This document shows positions 11,401 to 23,289 of a stretch of DNA of 64,000 bases, piece by piece. Below the pieces are notes generated by a model. It searched no databases, was not told the origin of the DNA, and was given only the letters and a program-made list of their open reading frames with translations. Both the position numbers and the translations under genes were made by a program. Where the stretch lies: NCBI RefSeq assembly GCF_963676685.1, contig NC_092347.1, forward strand, positions 37,882,001 through 37,946,000, written 5' to 3'. Source of the stretch: Mytilus edulis (lineage: Eukaryota). Position 1 is the stretch's first letter, and every line of letters begins with the position of its first letter.

Positions 11401-14400
11401 TCGTTACACGATTTAAAAGTTTTATCTCAAAATGTTATCAATCTAAAAGACAAAAAGTACGCATTGTCATTAAAAACTAGACAAGACATTTTTCGATCGT
11501 ATTTCAAAAAGGGTTATGAGGAACTAGGGATAACTGACAAATCTTTAAACTCTCACGATGCATTTCCTTTATTATGTCGATTTTCTTCTAGATCATTATA
11601 CATAGTCGAAGATAACGATAAAGAAAATTTAGATTCGAATTCAGAGAACATTATCAATGATTTGGATACATTCTTTCAAACTCCTATTCAAGTAATTGAG
11701 TGCGAAATAAAATCCTTGAGAATCAACTCGCCAGTTAGCTATTGTGTTCTAGTACTGTGCTTACTATTTAACGGCAGGCTACCAAAGCAGGATCTCTTTC
11801 ACTCAAATAGATATAAAAAGCTTTTGAAAGATTGTTATAGTGTGTGTGGTCTGAATAGAGGTACTTCAATCAAGACCGTCTATGACATATTTCAAAGTCT
11901 GAAAGATGTTTATCTAAAAGAAGTTGATGGTACATTTATGTTCATTCATGACATAATAATGGATATTGTTTCAGTTTGCTTTGGGAAACACTCCCCAAAT
12001 ATTATTCTCAAACATGCCAATATAGAGGTAATAATTGAAAGAGTTCAATTAAAAAAGAATACTGAAACAATCGGGTATAAAATTTTTATCCCAAAAGATC
12101 ATCATTTTAATTTTTTTCAAAGACTTTACACGGAAATTAAAATGGGAAATGTATGGCAGATTTTCAATCACTGCCAGTTAGAAATTCAATGGGTTCAAAG
12201 AGCATTTACAAATTATTTAGAAAAAAAGAGTAACGATGAATTACGTTCAATTTTTTTTCTAGTTGAAGACAAAAAAGGAGATCGTAATCAAAAACTGCGT
12301 TTGAAACTTATGGACATCTGGGCTCAAACTCTTGATATAAACCCTGTAAATTTAGAATTTCAGTCATATCTTGACTTTATTGTAAATACAGCCTTCCACT
12401 GTCTCCTAGGAAAGGGTCTTTTCGAAATTATAGAGTTATTAGAGAGAAGAGTATGTAGCGATGTGTACAATGAATTGTTTAAAGCTGATAGTGCGTGCAC
12501 ATTAATTGCAATTTTAGGAGGAGATCTAAATATATACTCTTGGATATTGAACGTTCAAAAGAAAAGAACATCATGGCGAAATTTAAGGTATAAATTACTT
12601 CAAAATACATTTTTAATTCAAGATTTCCAATGGGCGGTTGTGACAGGTCGAACAAATATTGTAGAATGTCTTCTGCATTACGATATTTGCATCACCTGTT
12701 TGAATGAATCGATAACTTCAGACGACCTGCTTCACATAATTGGAAAACTTTTCGGATTTTCAGTTTATAAAGAAAGAGTAAAATTGTTCTTGGCGAAGTT
12801 TATACAAAAAAATATATTAAATCTAAATTGTGGAGTTGAATGGTCTGACTTCAATCTTGATAACTTTATAATGTATTATAGGAAAGTAGGATACATGCTC
12901 TTCTTCACCAAAGATGACAATTTCAATAAGTTAATATATAAAAAATTTAATTCTGATGTTCAGCCGATAGTTATCAAATTATTTCAGAATAGAGTAGAGT
13001 TTCAGTGTCCTCAGTTCCCACTACCAAAAACTATTGGTGATGAGTTTCAAGGTCGCATGAAAGTAAGTCCAACATGTATTGCATTAGCAGCAATCCTTGG
13101 TCATGAAGCCGTTGTTAATCTGTTATTACTGAACGGTTCTAATCCAAACAAAATCAGTATCCCATCGAATAATGTGGCCAAATCACGTACTGCTTTACCA
13201 GTAGTTTACGCAGCTATGTATGGGAGATTATCTATTGTACGAAATCTGCTCCAGAATGGTGCCAATATTGAATCGACTGGCCCAATGGGGTGCACGTTAT
13301 TGATATTTGCGTCTAGTTATGGTCATTATGACTTAGCCAAATTCTTACTGGATAAACATGTTCATATAAATGCTACAAACATGTTTCAAAACACTGCTTT
13401 ATTGTATGGATCTAAAAAGGGACACATAAATATTGTTAACCTTCTTCTAGAAAATGGAGCAATTACAAATACTGCATGCTTCAAATCATCAACGCCATTG
13501 ATGGAAGCTTCAAGCAGGGGACACCAAGAAATCGTCGATAATTTATTGTGTCATAATGCATCTGTAAATGCTTGTGATAATGAAAATAGGACATCATTAA
13601 TAAAAGCCGCCGAAAATGGGCATTGCAAAATCGTCAAAAGACTTTTAGAAAGACAAGCTGATATTTATATTCGGAGTCACGAAAACGAAACAGCACTGAT
13701 GGTTGCTAGTAGGAAGGGTCATTTAAAAGTTGTTTCGATTTTGATGGAGAATATATATGCCAATTTACACAAGTATTATATCACAAAGGAGAAAGAACTT
13801 TCGACGCAAGAGAATGCCTACAGACGTGCTTTTGCGAGATTGCCATACGCATTTTGTTCCCCTCCGATTACTGAAGTGAGCGAGGAAATTAATCAAGCAT
13901 TCTCGAAAGCTTATCGATGTGGACATATTGATATAATGACATTTTTACTTGACAATGGCGCAAACGTACGTCAAGTAAAATCACGTACATCTCGTAGCTT
14001 GTTAAATGATGCAGTTTTTAGAGGTAAATATAGAATCGTTAACTTACTTCTAAAAAATGGAGCACAAGTACAAAAAAGAGCAAACTCTGGTATCCCACCG
14101 CTAATGTTAGCTTCTTTTAAAGGACACACAGATATTGTAAAACTTTTGTTGACATATGGATCTAATATCAACTCAACATCTGAACATATACCAATTCTTT
14201 GCACATTAAAAGAGGGCATTTGGATACGACAAAATAGTAACGAATCAAAGTTTAATGACAAAAACGGTACTGCCTTGATCTGTGCGATCCAAAAAGGCGC
14301 TTCTTTGAAATTGATAGAAACATTATTACATGAAAAACACATCAATATTAACTCGCAAACACACATGGGAAGGACTGCTTTAATGATTGCTTGTGGATCA

Positions 14401-14700
14401 TGTCGTGCGAAAGTCGTAAATTTGCTATTGCACTATAAACCTGATTTGAACATCAGGTCCGACGTTGGTGCAACTGCTCTAGATATTGCATCAGTACGAG
14501 AATTTAGAAATGAAAATATAATAAAAGATTTACTGAGAAACGGAGCTATGTATTGTAGAGATATGATTCCATTTCAAGAAGGTTATCAAGTATGTCCTGT
14601 TCGTTCTTCAATTTCACAAATCGAATTTGATATAAAATGGATCATTTCACGAATTATTATAATACTTGGACTATTAACACTTCTACCTTTATGCGAATAG
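8261..14700 (+). CDS. HEPN (DZIP3-like) - coiled coil - nSTAND3-type NTPase - ankyrin-repeat protein, about 1499 aa; NLR/STAND-like putative immune receptor
   Basis: Coding exons 8261-8468, 8919-9148, 9522-9882, 11000-14700. All introns are GT-AG with matching phases (1,0,1) and the exons total 4500 nt. Motifs: HEPN FDVAIMTLLLR..DLARIKFYRNLIAH; Walker A GNAGCGKT (11116-11139); Walker B VFVLDD; FPLLC and FIHDII STAND motifs; about 13 ankyrin repeats (about 13070-14550). Confidence 0.88.
8919..9148 (+). CDS. Coding exon 2 (HEPN catalytic half, RNLIAH at 9071-9088)
   Basis: TTTTACAG acceptor, phase-1 entry restores G-I-V-S-S-C-M-F-D, donor AGT|GTGAGT. Confidence 0.85.
9522..9882 (+). CDS. Coding exon 3 (end of HEPN plus coiled coil)
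   Basis: AACAG acceptor, VVDRLGDAHLKQECELL followed by heptad-rich L/I/E/K/Q sequence, donor G|GTAGAT. Confidence 0.8.
10305..10558 (+). mobile_element. tRNA-derived SINE with V-SINE-like core in intron 3
   Basis: B-box-like AGTTCGAACCC (about 10368), V-domain-like GATTTTCTCCTGGCACTTCGGGGCTTCCTC (about 10449), and an AAATCA-repeat tail. The 5' boundary is approximate. Confidence 0.6.
11000..14700 (+). CDS. Coding exon 4: STAND NTPase, helical domains, ankyrin array and hydrophobic tail in one 3.7-kb exon
   Basis: TTTCAG acceptor ends at 10999, phase-1 entry in frame with the 1230-codon ORF, stop TAG at 14698-14700. Confidence 0.92.
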
Positions 14701-15099
14701 ACACAATTATGAACAATACACATCAGTCAAAGATATTTTCGTTTCAACCATCTGCGATGTCATTTCTTTTAAATCCGACGCATATCCGTAATCAATCACA
14801 TTTTTTAGTTCCAACTAAGGAATTAATAAATTATGAAAAATGTGTAACGTTGTAAGCATGACAACTTAAATATTATTTAGAAGAAGAACAGACAGATGGC
14901 AAATGTTCTAAGAACAGTGTTTGGCATTTATCAGAAAAGATAACTAACAAGCCAGCTAACAACTTGTTAATACTATATATATATATATAGTATATATGAT
15001 TAAAAACGGTTGTATTCATCGATCTAGCCTGTTGCGATTGCTGAACAAATAAAATTACTTAGTTTTTATACGGCATACTTTTTCTGTTAATGTTATAAG

Positions 15100-15140
15100 A
15101 TCACTGAAGAGACATATATTGTCGAAATGCGCATCTGGTG
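15100..15140 (+). ncRNA. Minimal type I hammerhead ribozyme (Penelope/retrozyme type)
   Basis: ATCA-CTGAAGA-GACA(TATAT)TGTC-GAAA-TGCGCA-TC-TGGT: complete CUGANGA/GAAA/UH core, 4-bp stem II, palindromic stem III, short stem I ATCA/TGGT. Confidence 0.65.
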
Positions 15141-16299
15141 CAACAAAATTGGTACCGTTGATTTTATTCTCTCATATAGATTTGACCAAATAATGTTTTC
15201 ATCTTTTATAAAATTTTATCTCTGCTGTTAGATTGTCAGGTGAATAAGACGCAAAATGTAAAGCTCTGGATGTTTGTTCGGGTTTGGTTCTATATTTTGT
15301 TGTTCTTTTTTAACTATAATTATTGTGAATTAGGTAGTTGATAATTGGACAACAAAAAAGTCACGTTTCATCATAAATCCTAGTTATGTGTTATCTACCT
15401 GTGTCAATTTTATAGAAGAAAGTTTTGGTTGTAAAGTTGATCCGATGATGGTACATGTCTGAATTGGTATCATGCATCACATATATAGTGTACCAAAAAA
15501 TATAATCGTTTCAAATCTAGTCTAACAATATATCTGTGATCATTTTGAGCAAACACGTGTTACTATTATTTATGATTCAGCTTAGTGTTTAAACTATAGA
15601 ATTTTCAAAACAGTTCATAATTTGGAAAAAAAGATATATTGATGATCTACCACCATATGATTTTCGAAGGGTATATTTTAATTTTGATATGTATGAATCA
15701 TAAATTGTCAACATAACATAATCGTTTAATTGAACATGATGACCGACTCTGTGAGTTTTGCAATTTAAATGACTTAAATGATGAATGTCACTCTCTGTTT
15801 AAAAACTTTAAATGTGTTTTATTTCTAAAATGAAAGCAAAATGCTTTTACCCTGAAATTTTTATGAATAGCATCAAACTGTGAGGTATCGGAACCAAATG
15901 TCAAGCAAACATTTTGGAAAATTGTTCTGTCTTTTATAAATTATGTATGTGCCTGTAAAGTCAGGAGCCTGTAATTTAGTAGTTGTCGTTTATTGTTGAA
16001 TATCCAATTGGTTTTTCAGTCATTGTTTTATACATAAATTGGGGGTTAATCAATTTAACAAAACAAAGGTTTTTTGGTTTTTATTGTCTATTTTGGGTCC
16101 TATAACAGCGTTGTTTTGATGGAACGATTATAATTACAAAGCAGTGTGTTAATTTAATTTTTTTATCCGTCGTTTATATGGATTTTTTTGTTGTTGTTAT
16201 TTTTTTGTTTTTTTGTTATTGTAATATTAAAAATTACACTGGTCTTCAATCGTTAACAAATTGATCGAAATATTTCCTTGAAAAAAAAATGAAAACAAC

Positions 16300-16900
16300 A
16301 CGTTTAATAATTTCTTGCGTCCGAAGCGCTTTTTTTATTTACCTTCATCGGGAACGCTCAAAGCCAAGCATTTGAAATCCGGAGATGTATAAGTACCGAA
16401 ACTGTTGAAGAGCTATATGTAAAAAACCTAAAATAAATAGCCAAATTCATCTAAAGATAAGCGACAATTAACCCAACAAAACCTGAAGGTGCTCTAAGTG
16501 CTCCGGAAAGGTAAGCAATCTGTCGTGTTGCTTTTGTAAGCACAGAGCCTGTGATAAAGTCTTATTCTGGAGGTCACATTAGAGGAAAAGAGGACGGTAT
16601 ATTGTGTTTACAACAATGTGAAACAGGTATTCTATAATGGTCAAACAACTCGATCATGAAACCGTCCGTAACATTTTCGGTGGGATGATTTCAACTTCAC
16701 CAATTATAACTCTAGTCTTGGTTCAATATCTTATTTGTAAACAACAACCTGGCTTCTATCATTATGCAAGCTTTGGGATATCATATCAACTGAAAAATAT
16801 ATACTTCATATACAGGCGCTGCTTGAATGTTTCTATATAAAGATATAAATGCGGCACAAATTTGGACAATAGGGTCAACATGAAATCAGTGTTATCACTA
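16300..16900 (-). mobile_element. Old Penelope-like remnants: degenerate hammerhead repeat (16317-16357) and 3' fragment of the family at 4611
   Basis: 16490-16900 aligns by eye with 4775-5150 (GTGCTCCGGAAAGGTAAGCA, GGGATGATTTCAACTTCACC). The minus strand of 16317-16357 reads GCGTTC-CCGATGA...AGCGCT-TC-GGACGC. Confidence 0.6.
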
Positions 16901-18315
16901 TTACAGGAAGTTGTATTAGTAAGAGACAACAGGTGTTTGTTGAATACTTCTGCTTCAGTGAAAAACAGGTCTAAAACAACACTCGTAGTAAAAGGTTAAA
17001 GATGTTTTATAATAAACTTTAACTGAAATCGGCAGTATTTGGACCAGATGCCAGAAGGTATTTAAACCATCAGATCAGTGTAAGAAGGACCGTTTTAACG
17101 AATCAAATCAGAATATCATGTTTTTCGGTCTTGTTATTGAAAGTTGTAGCTCTACATTTTTGATAATATAAAAGATTGACACTTAGGTAAGAAACTGTTT
17201 GAAATGCCGACTAACGTAATTTTCATACGAGATACGTTTGCATAATATATAACATTTAAGATGAGCACGATTACTGTAATTGAAATTTGGAAAGTATTGA
17301 AAGGATATGTGGTATCTGTGATCCTGTTAGGTAAATTGTGTCACAGTTCAAAACCAATAAACTAAAATGCAAAGTTACAAAGTGAGCTTCATTTTAAATT
17401 GTAAAGCAAACAACAATCATTCATCATCATTTTAAAGACATATATTCTAGCAAACATATCAAGTTATCAGAACAGTGTTGTACTGTCTGCAATGTGCTTA
17501 TAGAGCACCAATAATTATCCATGTTTCAGATAATAAAGAATCATGGGTTTGAATATTCATTGAATCATGGATTTGTATGGTAAGAGCATGCATATCCTTG
17601 ATCAAATTTAAAGATTTGTTTATCCCGAAAATGATCACAATTTTTTTATGAATAAATTTAAACATGGACAAAAAGACGAAATGATGAGATATGGCCTAAC
17701 AAATTCAAAATGAAAATATAGCGCATGCCAAACAAGGCAACATTTAAGCTCAAATCATTTAAAAAGTGTACATGTATCGATTATTTCAAAATTGATTCTT
17801 TATACTCAGTCTTGGCACTCAGGAGCAGATGATTTTTTCTATCAAAGTTAAGGATTAAACATTGAAATTTATTCGAGTATATTTCCTTGTAGACAGTACC
17901 AATTTTCAACAATGCAGATTGAGAACCGAGGCTTATACGAAGTTGACTTTTTTAATAAGAGTTTTAATAATTTTGATATGATTAGATAGTTAGGTCAGAA
18001 AATAATGGATTTAAATGGATCGTGAGGATACGGCTGGATATAAATATAAGTTATATGTCATTTAAAATGGTAGCTATCCTCCTTATTCATGCTATTTTGA
18101 AATCGTGCCCATTTTTTAAAAAATAGCCGAATTTTTTTTTAAACACTTCATAACACCGTGTAATTCGCGGCCAGGGGGATTCTCAGAGAATAAGCATATA
18201 TTTCCTATCACTTTTACTTGTTGCGGGACTGGTGGTAATCAAATAACACTATTATTACTGAAAGCAACAAACTGGTACTTGACAAATCATTGTAATTTCC
18301 TAATTTGATGTCGTA

Positions 18316-21300
18316 TAGAATAGAATATTTTTATTTCCCAAATTAAAGGGCATAAAATCAGATACAATTGATTTACATAATTGGTAACAACAACAATAAT
18401 AGAGGCATATACATATATATTTGGAATATAAGCATTGGTCAGAACCAACCAAAAAACACATATATATTGTGAATAAAAGAATAATAAAATTACATTATAC
18501 ATGTATATGTATTTATTCTCAAATTATTTACTTGACTTAGTGTCAGTGTTCATACCTGATCTCCTTAATTCAAAACAGTCACAAATATAACAGCCCAGTT
18601 TTTCCATAAAGAGTAACATTTTCTTGGGTCAAGAGCCATAAAAATTTAGAAGATTTATTTAAATTTATAAAATTATAACAATTGTTAGAAATGTCTTGAA
18701 AAAAATTGTCCCTTTGAATATCATAAAGAGGGCATTCTAATAAAAAATGAAGCTCATCTTCAACTTTACCAAGTGAGCAATTAGAACAAAGACGCTCAGA
18801 TCTTTCTATATGCTTTTTTGAATATCTGTCTGTCTCAATTTTTAAAGAGTGAGCACTTATTCTTAATTTACAAATTGACTGTCTTTTTTTGAAGTCCTGC
18901 AATTCTAAATATTTTTCTTTTTTAAAACAATTTTTTATAGAAAAATAAGTACCAAGCTTCCCTTTTTCGGAGTTAATTGTTTGATACTTCAGTTTATTCC
19001 AAAATGTGAAATAACTTTTACATAGTTTTTTTTAACATACTGACATAAAGAACCAATTGATCGGTCAAAATTTGGTAATTCAATCTCTCTCTGAATATAA
19101 TCTATACTAGAATACCATGTATTTACATTAGAGCTATGTAACTGTTTACAACATATAAATGCATCAAATAATAATCCTTCTTTCAAATGTTCCAGTCTAT
19201 GACAATATTTTAACATTGATAAAATTATAGTAAAATACATAGAAAATCTACCAAGCTCTGACATTACAGCTATATTACTTGACTTTCTGTTTACACCAAG
19301 AATATATTTCATAAATTTGGTATGAGCTTTTTCAGAAGAATCCTGACCAAAGACTTTTTCTAATATATAATCATTATCTTTTTTACAAGCAGCTGAATCC
19401 GTTCTAAACATTCCCCATATTTCACTGCCATATAATAGTATGGGTTTAATTGTATGATCATAAAGATGTAAAAAAGTGGCAATACTAGGGTTAGATGATG
19501 ACAAGCATCTCTGTAGCTTAAAACAAGCTTTTAAAGATTTGTTGTATAATTCATCTTTACACTGCTTAAATATACCACTAGATGTAAATGTGATTCCAAG
19601 ATATCTATATAATTTTGCACTTTCAATCTCTTTACCTCCAAAATGTAAACAGCATTTTTAAAAATTTTCCTGGCTTGTTAAAAATTATACTTTTTGTCTT
19701 TTTTAAATTTACATCAAAACACCATTCTAAACAATATTCATGTAACATATTAATTCTCTTTTGCAAGCCTTCCTGTGTTTCTGAAAAAATTACTACATCA
19801 TCAGCATACATAAGACAGTCTACTCTACGGTTATTAATATTTACTGGATCAGGACAAGATAAAAACTTGTCAGGTAGATCATTAATAAATATTTTTAAAC
19901 ATGGAGTCATTTCATTATCAATTTTAACACAGAGGTCACTTTTATTATACATATCTTTAATGATAGAATAAAACTTTCCAGTAATATTGTTTGTTAAAAG
20001 CTTATATCTGATACCCTCATGGATCACGTTATCAAAAGCCTGTTTAAAATCTACAAAACAGACAAATAGTTTACTTTTTACTTATATATTTATCGATAAT
20101 GGTTTTTAAAACAAAAACATGATCAGATGGTCTACATTTTTTTGAAAATCCAATTTGACATGGATTAATCACTGATTCTTTTACCAAAAATTTATCTAGT
20201 CTGTTATTCAAAACAGAGTTAAATAATTTACCAACACAAGAGTTAATGGCAATGCCACGATAATTATCTGTTTTACTTGGATCACCAGACTTAAAAACAG
20301 CAGATAAATAGACTGATGACCACTGCATTGGATAAATACCAGATGAAAAAACATGATTAAACAGTTTCTGAATTAAAGGATCTAGAACTAAACTTCCTGC
20401 CTTTAGCATCTCATTAGGTATACCATCCAGACCTGAGGCTTTACCAATTTTGAGTTTAGATATTGATTCAAATATTTCTTTAGTAGAGAATCTAATTCAC
20501 AAAAAGTTTTATTTTTTTCCATATTTTCTATTTTAGAATTAATTTCTTTAATTCTTGTCTCACTAATTGAAGGAGATTTATTCAAATCTGAAAAATGATT
20601 AAACCAGACTTCTGGTTCTACTGACCTTCTTTTACTATCATCTGTAGACTCCTTTAAAGAATTAATAAGTTTCCAGTATTGTTTTGGATCAGAATCTCTT
20701 AAATTGTCAAGGCTATTCAGGATGGACTGTTTAAATGTGCGCATTTTATATTTACGCAATTTATTATACTCTCTGTAGCATTTATAATATGAACCTCTGA
20801 CAATAGGATCATACGGAAATTTTGACAATAATTCTCCTTTAGATACTAGAATTTTCCTCTTTACACCTAAATCAGAATCAAACCATTTACAATTAGGTTT
20901 TCTTTTTTTAGATGATTTATGGCGAAAAATATTTGCCTTTGTAGCAGCAACATTTATTATGTTTAAAAAATCAGGAACTGCTCTCTCTGAATCTTCATTG
21001 CCATATTCATGATTCATAAAATTATTTAAAAGAGATTTGCAAACAGGGTGGCAATTAAAGTGCATCTTGAAATTGACTTGTTGATGATTTTGTCCACTTA
21101 TAACCACCCGGAAATGCATTCATTTTAAATTTATTAATAGTTAAATGTGAAGAATAAGTTGCTAAAATTCCAAAAGACAACTTACAATGACAATCTGAAA
21201 AATTTTGGATGAAATCTGATATTTTGAAAGATAGAATTTTAGGTAAAAGTGCCTCTGAGACAATAACATAATTATGGCAAGCCGTTCTCATCAAAACTAT

Positions 21301-23279
21301 GTTTAAACCCTTTTCTCGAAAAAAAATACACACTGAGATTTAAAAACCTAAAATAACACACTGAGAAATCGAAATTACACACTGAGATTTAAAAAAAATA
21401 AAAAACACACACTGAGAATTCAAAATTACACACTGAGATTTTAAAAAGACACACTGAGATGAAATAAATTGAAAAACACACACTGAGAATTGTTAATTAC
21501 ACACTGAGATTTCAAAAATACACATTGAGATTAATATGCAAATTACTAATGAATATTCATGAGATGAATAATTCAACAGATTAATATCTTGATCTCAAGA
21601 ACACTTGTCATTATAATGAAATGTGATTCCTTCAACCAACATTCGTAATAAATTTCAAGACTTAACATCGCTCATATTCATAAGTTTGTTGCCTATAATT
21701 CAGATCATTACTACCAGTGTATCGGGATGATTTTTTTTAACTTAAAACCGTGGGTCCCTTTTCAAAAGTCTTCCAACTGTCTCCCTGATTTCGCTAGTTA
21801 ATCTTTTATATTTTTGTTACGTTTATATGCTATAATAGACACTTTCAGTAAAAATTTCACTGCATTCTTTTGCAGATTGTTCCAATGTTTTCTTATAATT
21901 TTAGTAAAGTTTTTCACCATTTGGTTATATTTTGTAATAAGAGTAAGTGGGTATTTTTCTAGTTCTTGTATTTTTAAATTTTTTTTTATATTAATAATTT
22001 GGAACCAAATCGAAGGACTAACGAGTTATGTCCCCTTGTTGTTTTAAGCTTGTAATAGATTCAGATTAAGTATGCTAATTAGATATGTGCGCATAAAAAG
22101 TGCGCACAAATCTCAGTGTGTAATTTTAAATTCTCAGTGTGTAATTTTAAATTCTCAGTGTGTAATTTCAAATTCTCAGTGTGTGTTTTCGGTTTATTTA
22201 TTCTCAGTGTGTCTTTTTTAAATCTCAGTGTGTAATTTTTAATTCTCAGTGTGTAATTTTCAATTCTCAGTGTGTAATTTTCAATTCTCAGTGTGCGTTT
22301 TTCATTTTTGTAATCTCAGTGCGTCTTTATGAAATCTCAGTGTGTAATTTTTAATTCTCAGTGTGTAATTTTCAATTCTCAGTGTGCGTTTTGAAGTTTT
22401 TAAATCTCAGTGTGCTTTGTTGTAATTCTCAGTGTGTAAATTTTTCGAAAAATGGTTTAAACATAGTTTTGACGAGAACGGCTTGCCATACATAATCTAC
22501 AACACTCGATCCTGTGGGTTTATGGCATGTAAATTTACCATACAAATCTCCAAATACTCTTCCATTTCAAATTCTCATTTTTGTAGATATACATAAATCT
22601 AATAACTGTTTACCTCTAACATCAACCTTACTATCATAACTATGTCTTACATCTTGAATAGTATCACAATCATAATCATTATATATATAGGTAAATGAGT
22701 ATCATAAACATCATTTTGTATAAAATCTGGCCCTGATCCTGACCGAGCATTCAAATCACCACATAATATAATATCTCCTAAATGTTTATAAGTGCATGTC
22801 ATATCCCTTTCAATAATATCTAATACATCATCATCAGACTGATGTAAATAACTTGACATACTTGGAATTATATAGGCTAGACACAGATATATATCATTTG
22901 TTAGATTAAAAAAGTTCTTATTCAGTTTAATCCACTGATAATCTTTACTGGTATTTTGCAAAATGTTTATGCCTGGACGGATAATATTCTTTATTAGTAT
23001 ACCAAGGCCCCCATAAAATCTTGAATTAGAGGACTGTACTCTACAAACTGGGGAAAAATTGTATCCCTCAACACTAATAGGGGTGTTATATCCCAAATGT
23101 GTTTCTGTCAATAGTATAATATCATAATGAATGATCTGTTTTAGAAATGAGGGGTCATGTAATTTATTGTAGGATTAAGAAATTAAGCCCCCAACATTCC
23201 AAACACAAAAAGATAAATTAGAAAATAGAATATTCTTGTGCTTATTCATTACTTCAATTTAATGTTTAAGAAATAGTGT
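18316..23279 (-). mobile_element. Decayed non-LTR retrotransposon ORF2 (APE endonuclease, RT, C-terminal CCHC), RTE-X/L2-like
   Basis: ATG at about 23249 (CVWNVGGL); APE motifs TETHL, GGLGILIK, CGDLNARSG, SVVDY; RT motifs NYRGIAINSCVGKLF and CLMYADD; C-terminal LRISAHSLKIET..CSNC..EDELHFLLECP; 3' tail AATAAAAATATTCTATTCTA ending near 18316. Broken into 7 or more ORFs, and the RT GVRQG segment is deleted. Confidence 0.88.
21273..22490. mobile_element. Non-autonomous IS3EU-type TIR element inside the LINE endonuclease
   Basis: TIR TATGGCAAGCCGTTCTCATCAAAACTATGTTTAAACC versus right end GGTTTAAACATAGTTTTGACGAGAACGGCTTGCCATA. 6-bp TSD CATAAT (21267-21272, 22491-22496). Subterminal CACACTGAGA repeats in opposite orientation on the two arms. 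Excision restores SVVDYVIV. Confidence 0.85.
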
Positions 23280-23289
23280 TGTTAAAATG

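Noticed and set aside
13971-14366. 131-aa antisense ORF
   Set aside because: Shadow of the ankyrin coding frame with no motif.
11008-14700. Treating the 1230-aa ORF as a standalone bacterial-type gene starting at GTG
   Set aside because: A canonical acceptor at 10999 joins it in frame to upstream exons; the context is eukaryotic.
21325-22440. Regularly spaced CACACTGAGA repeats resembling a CRISPR array
   Set aside because: Eukaryotic context, spacers are similar to each other, orientation flips between arms, and the block is bounded by TIRs and a TSD.
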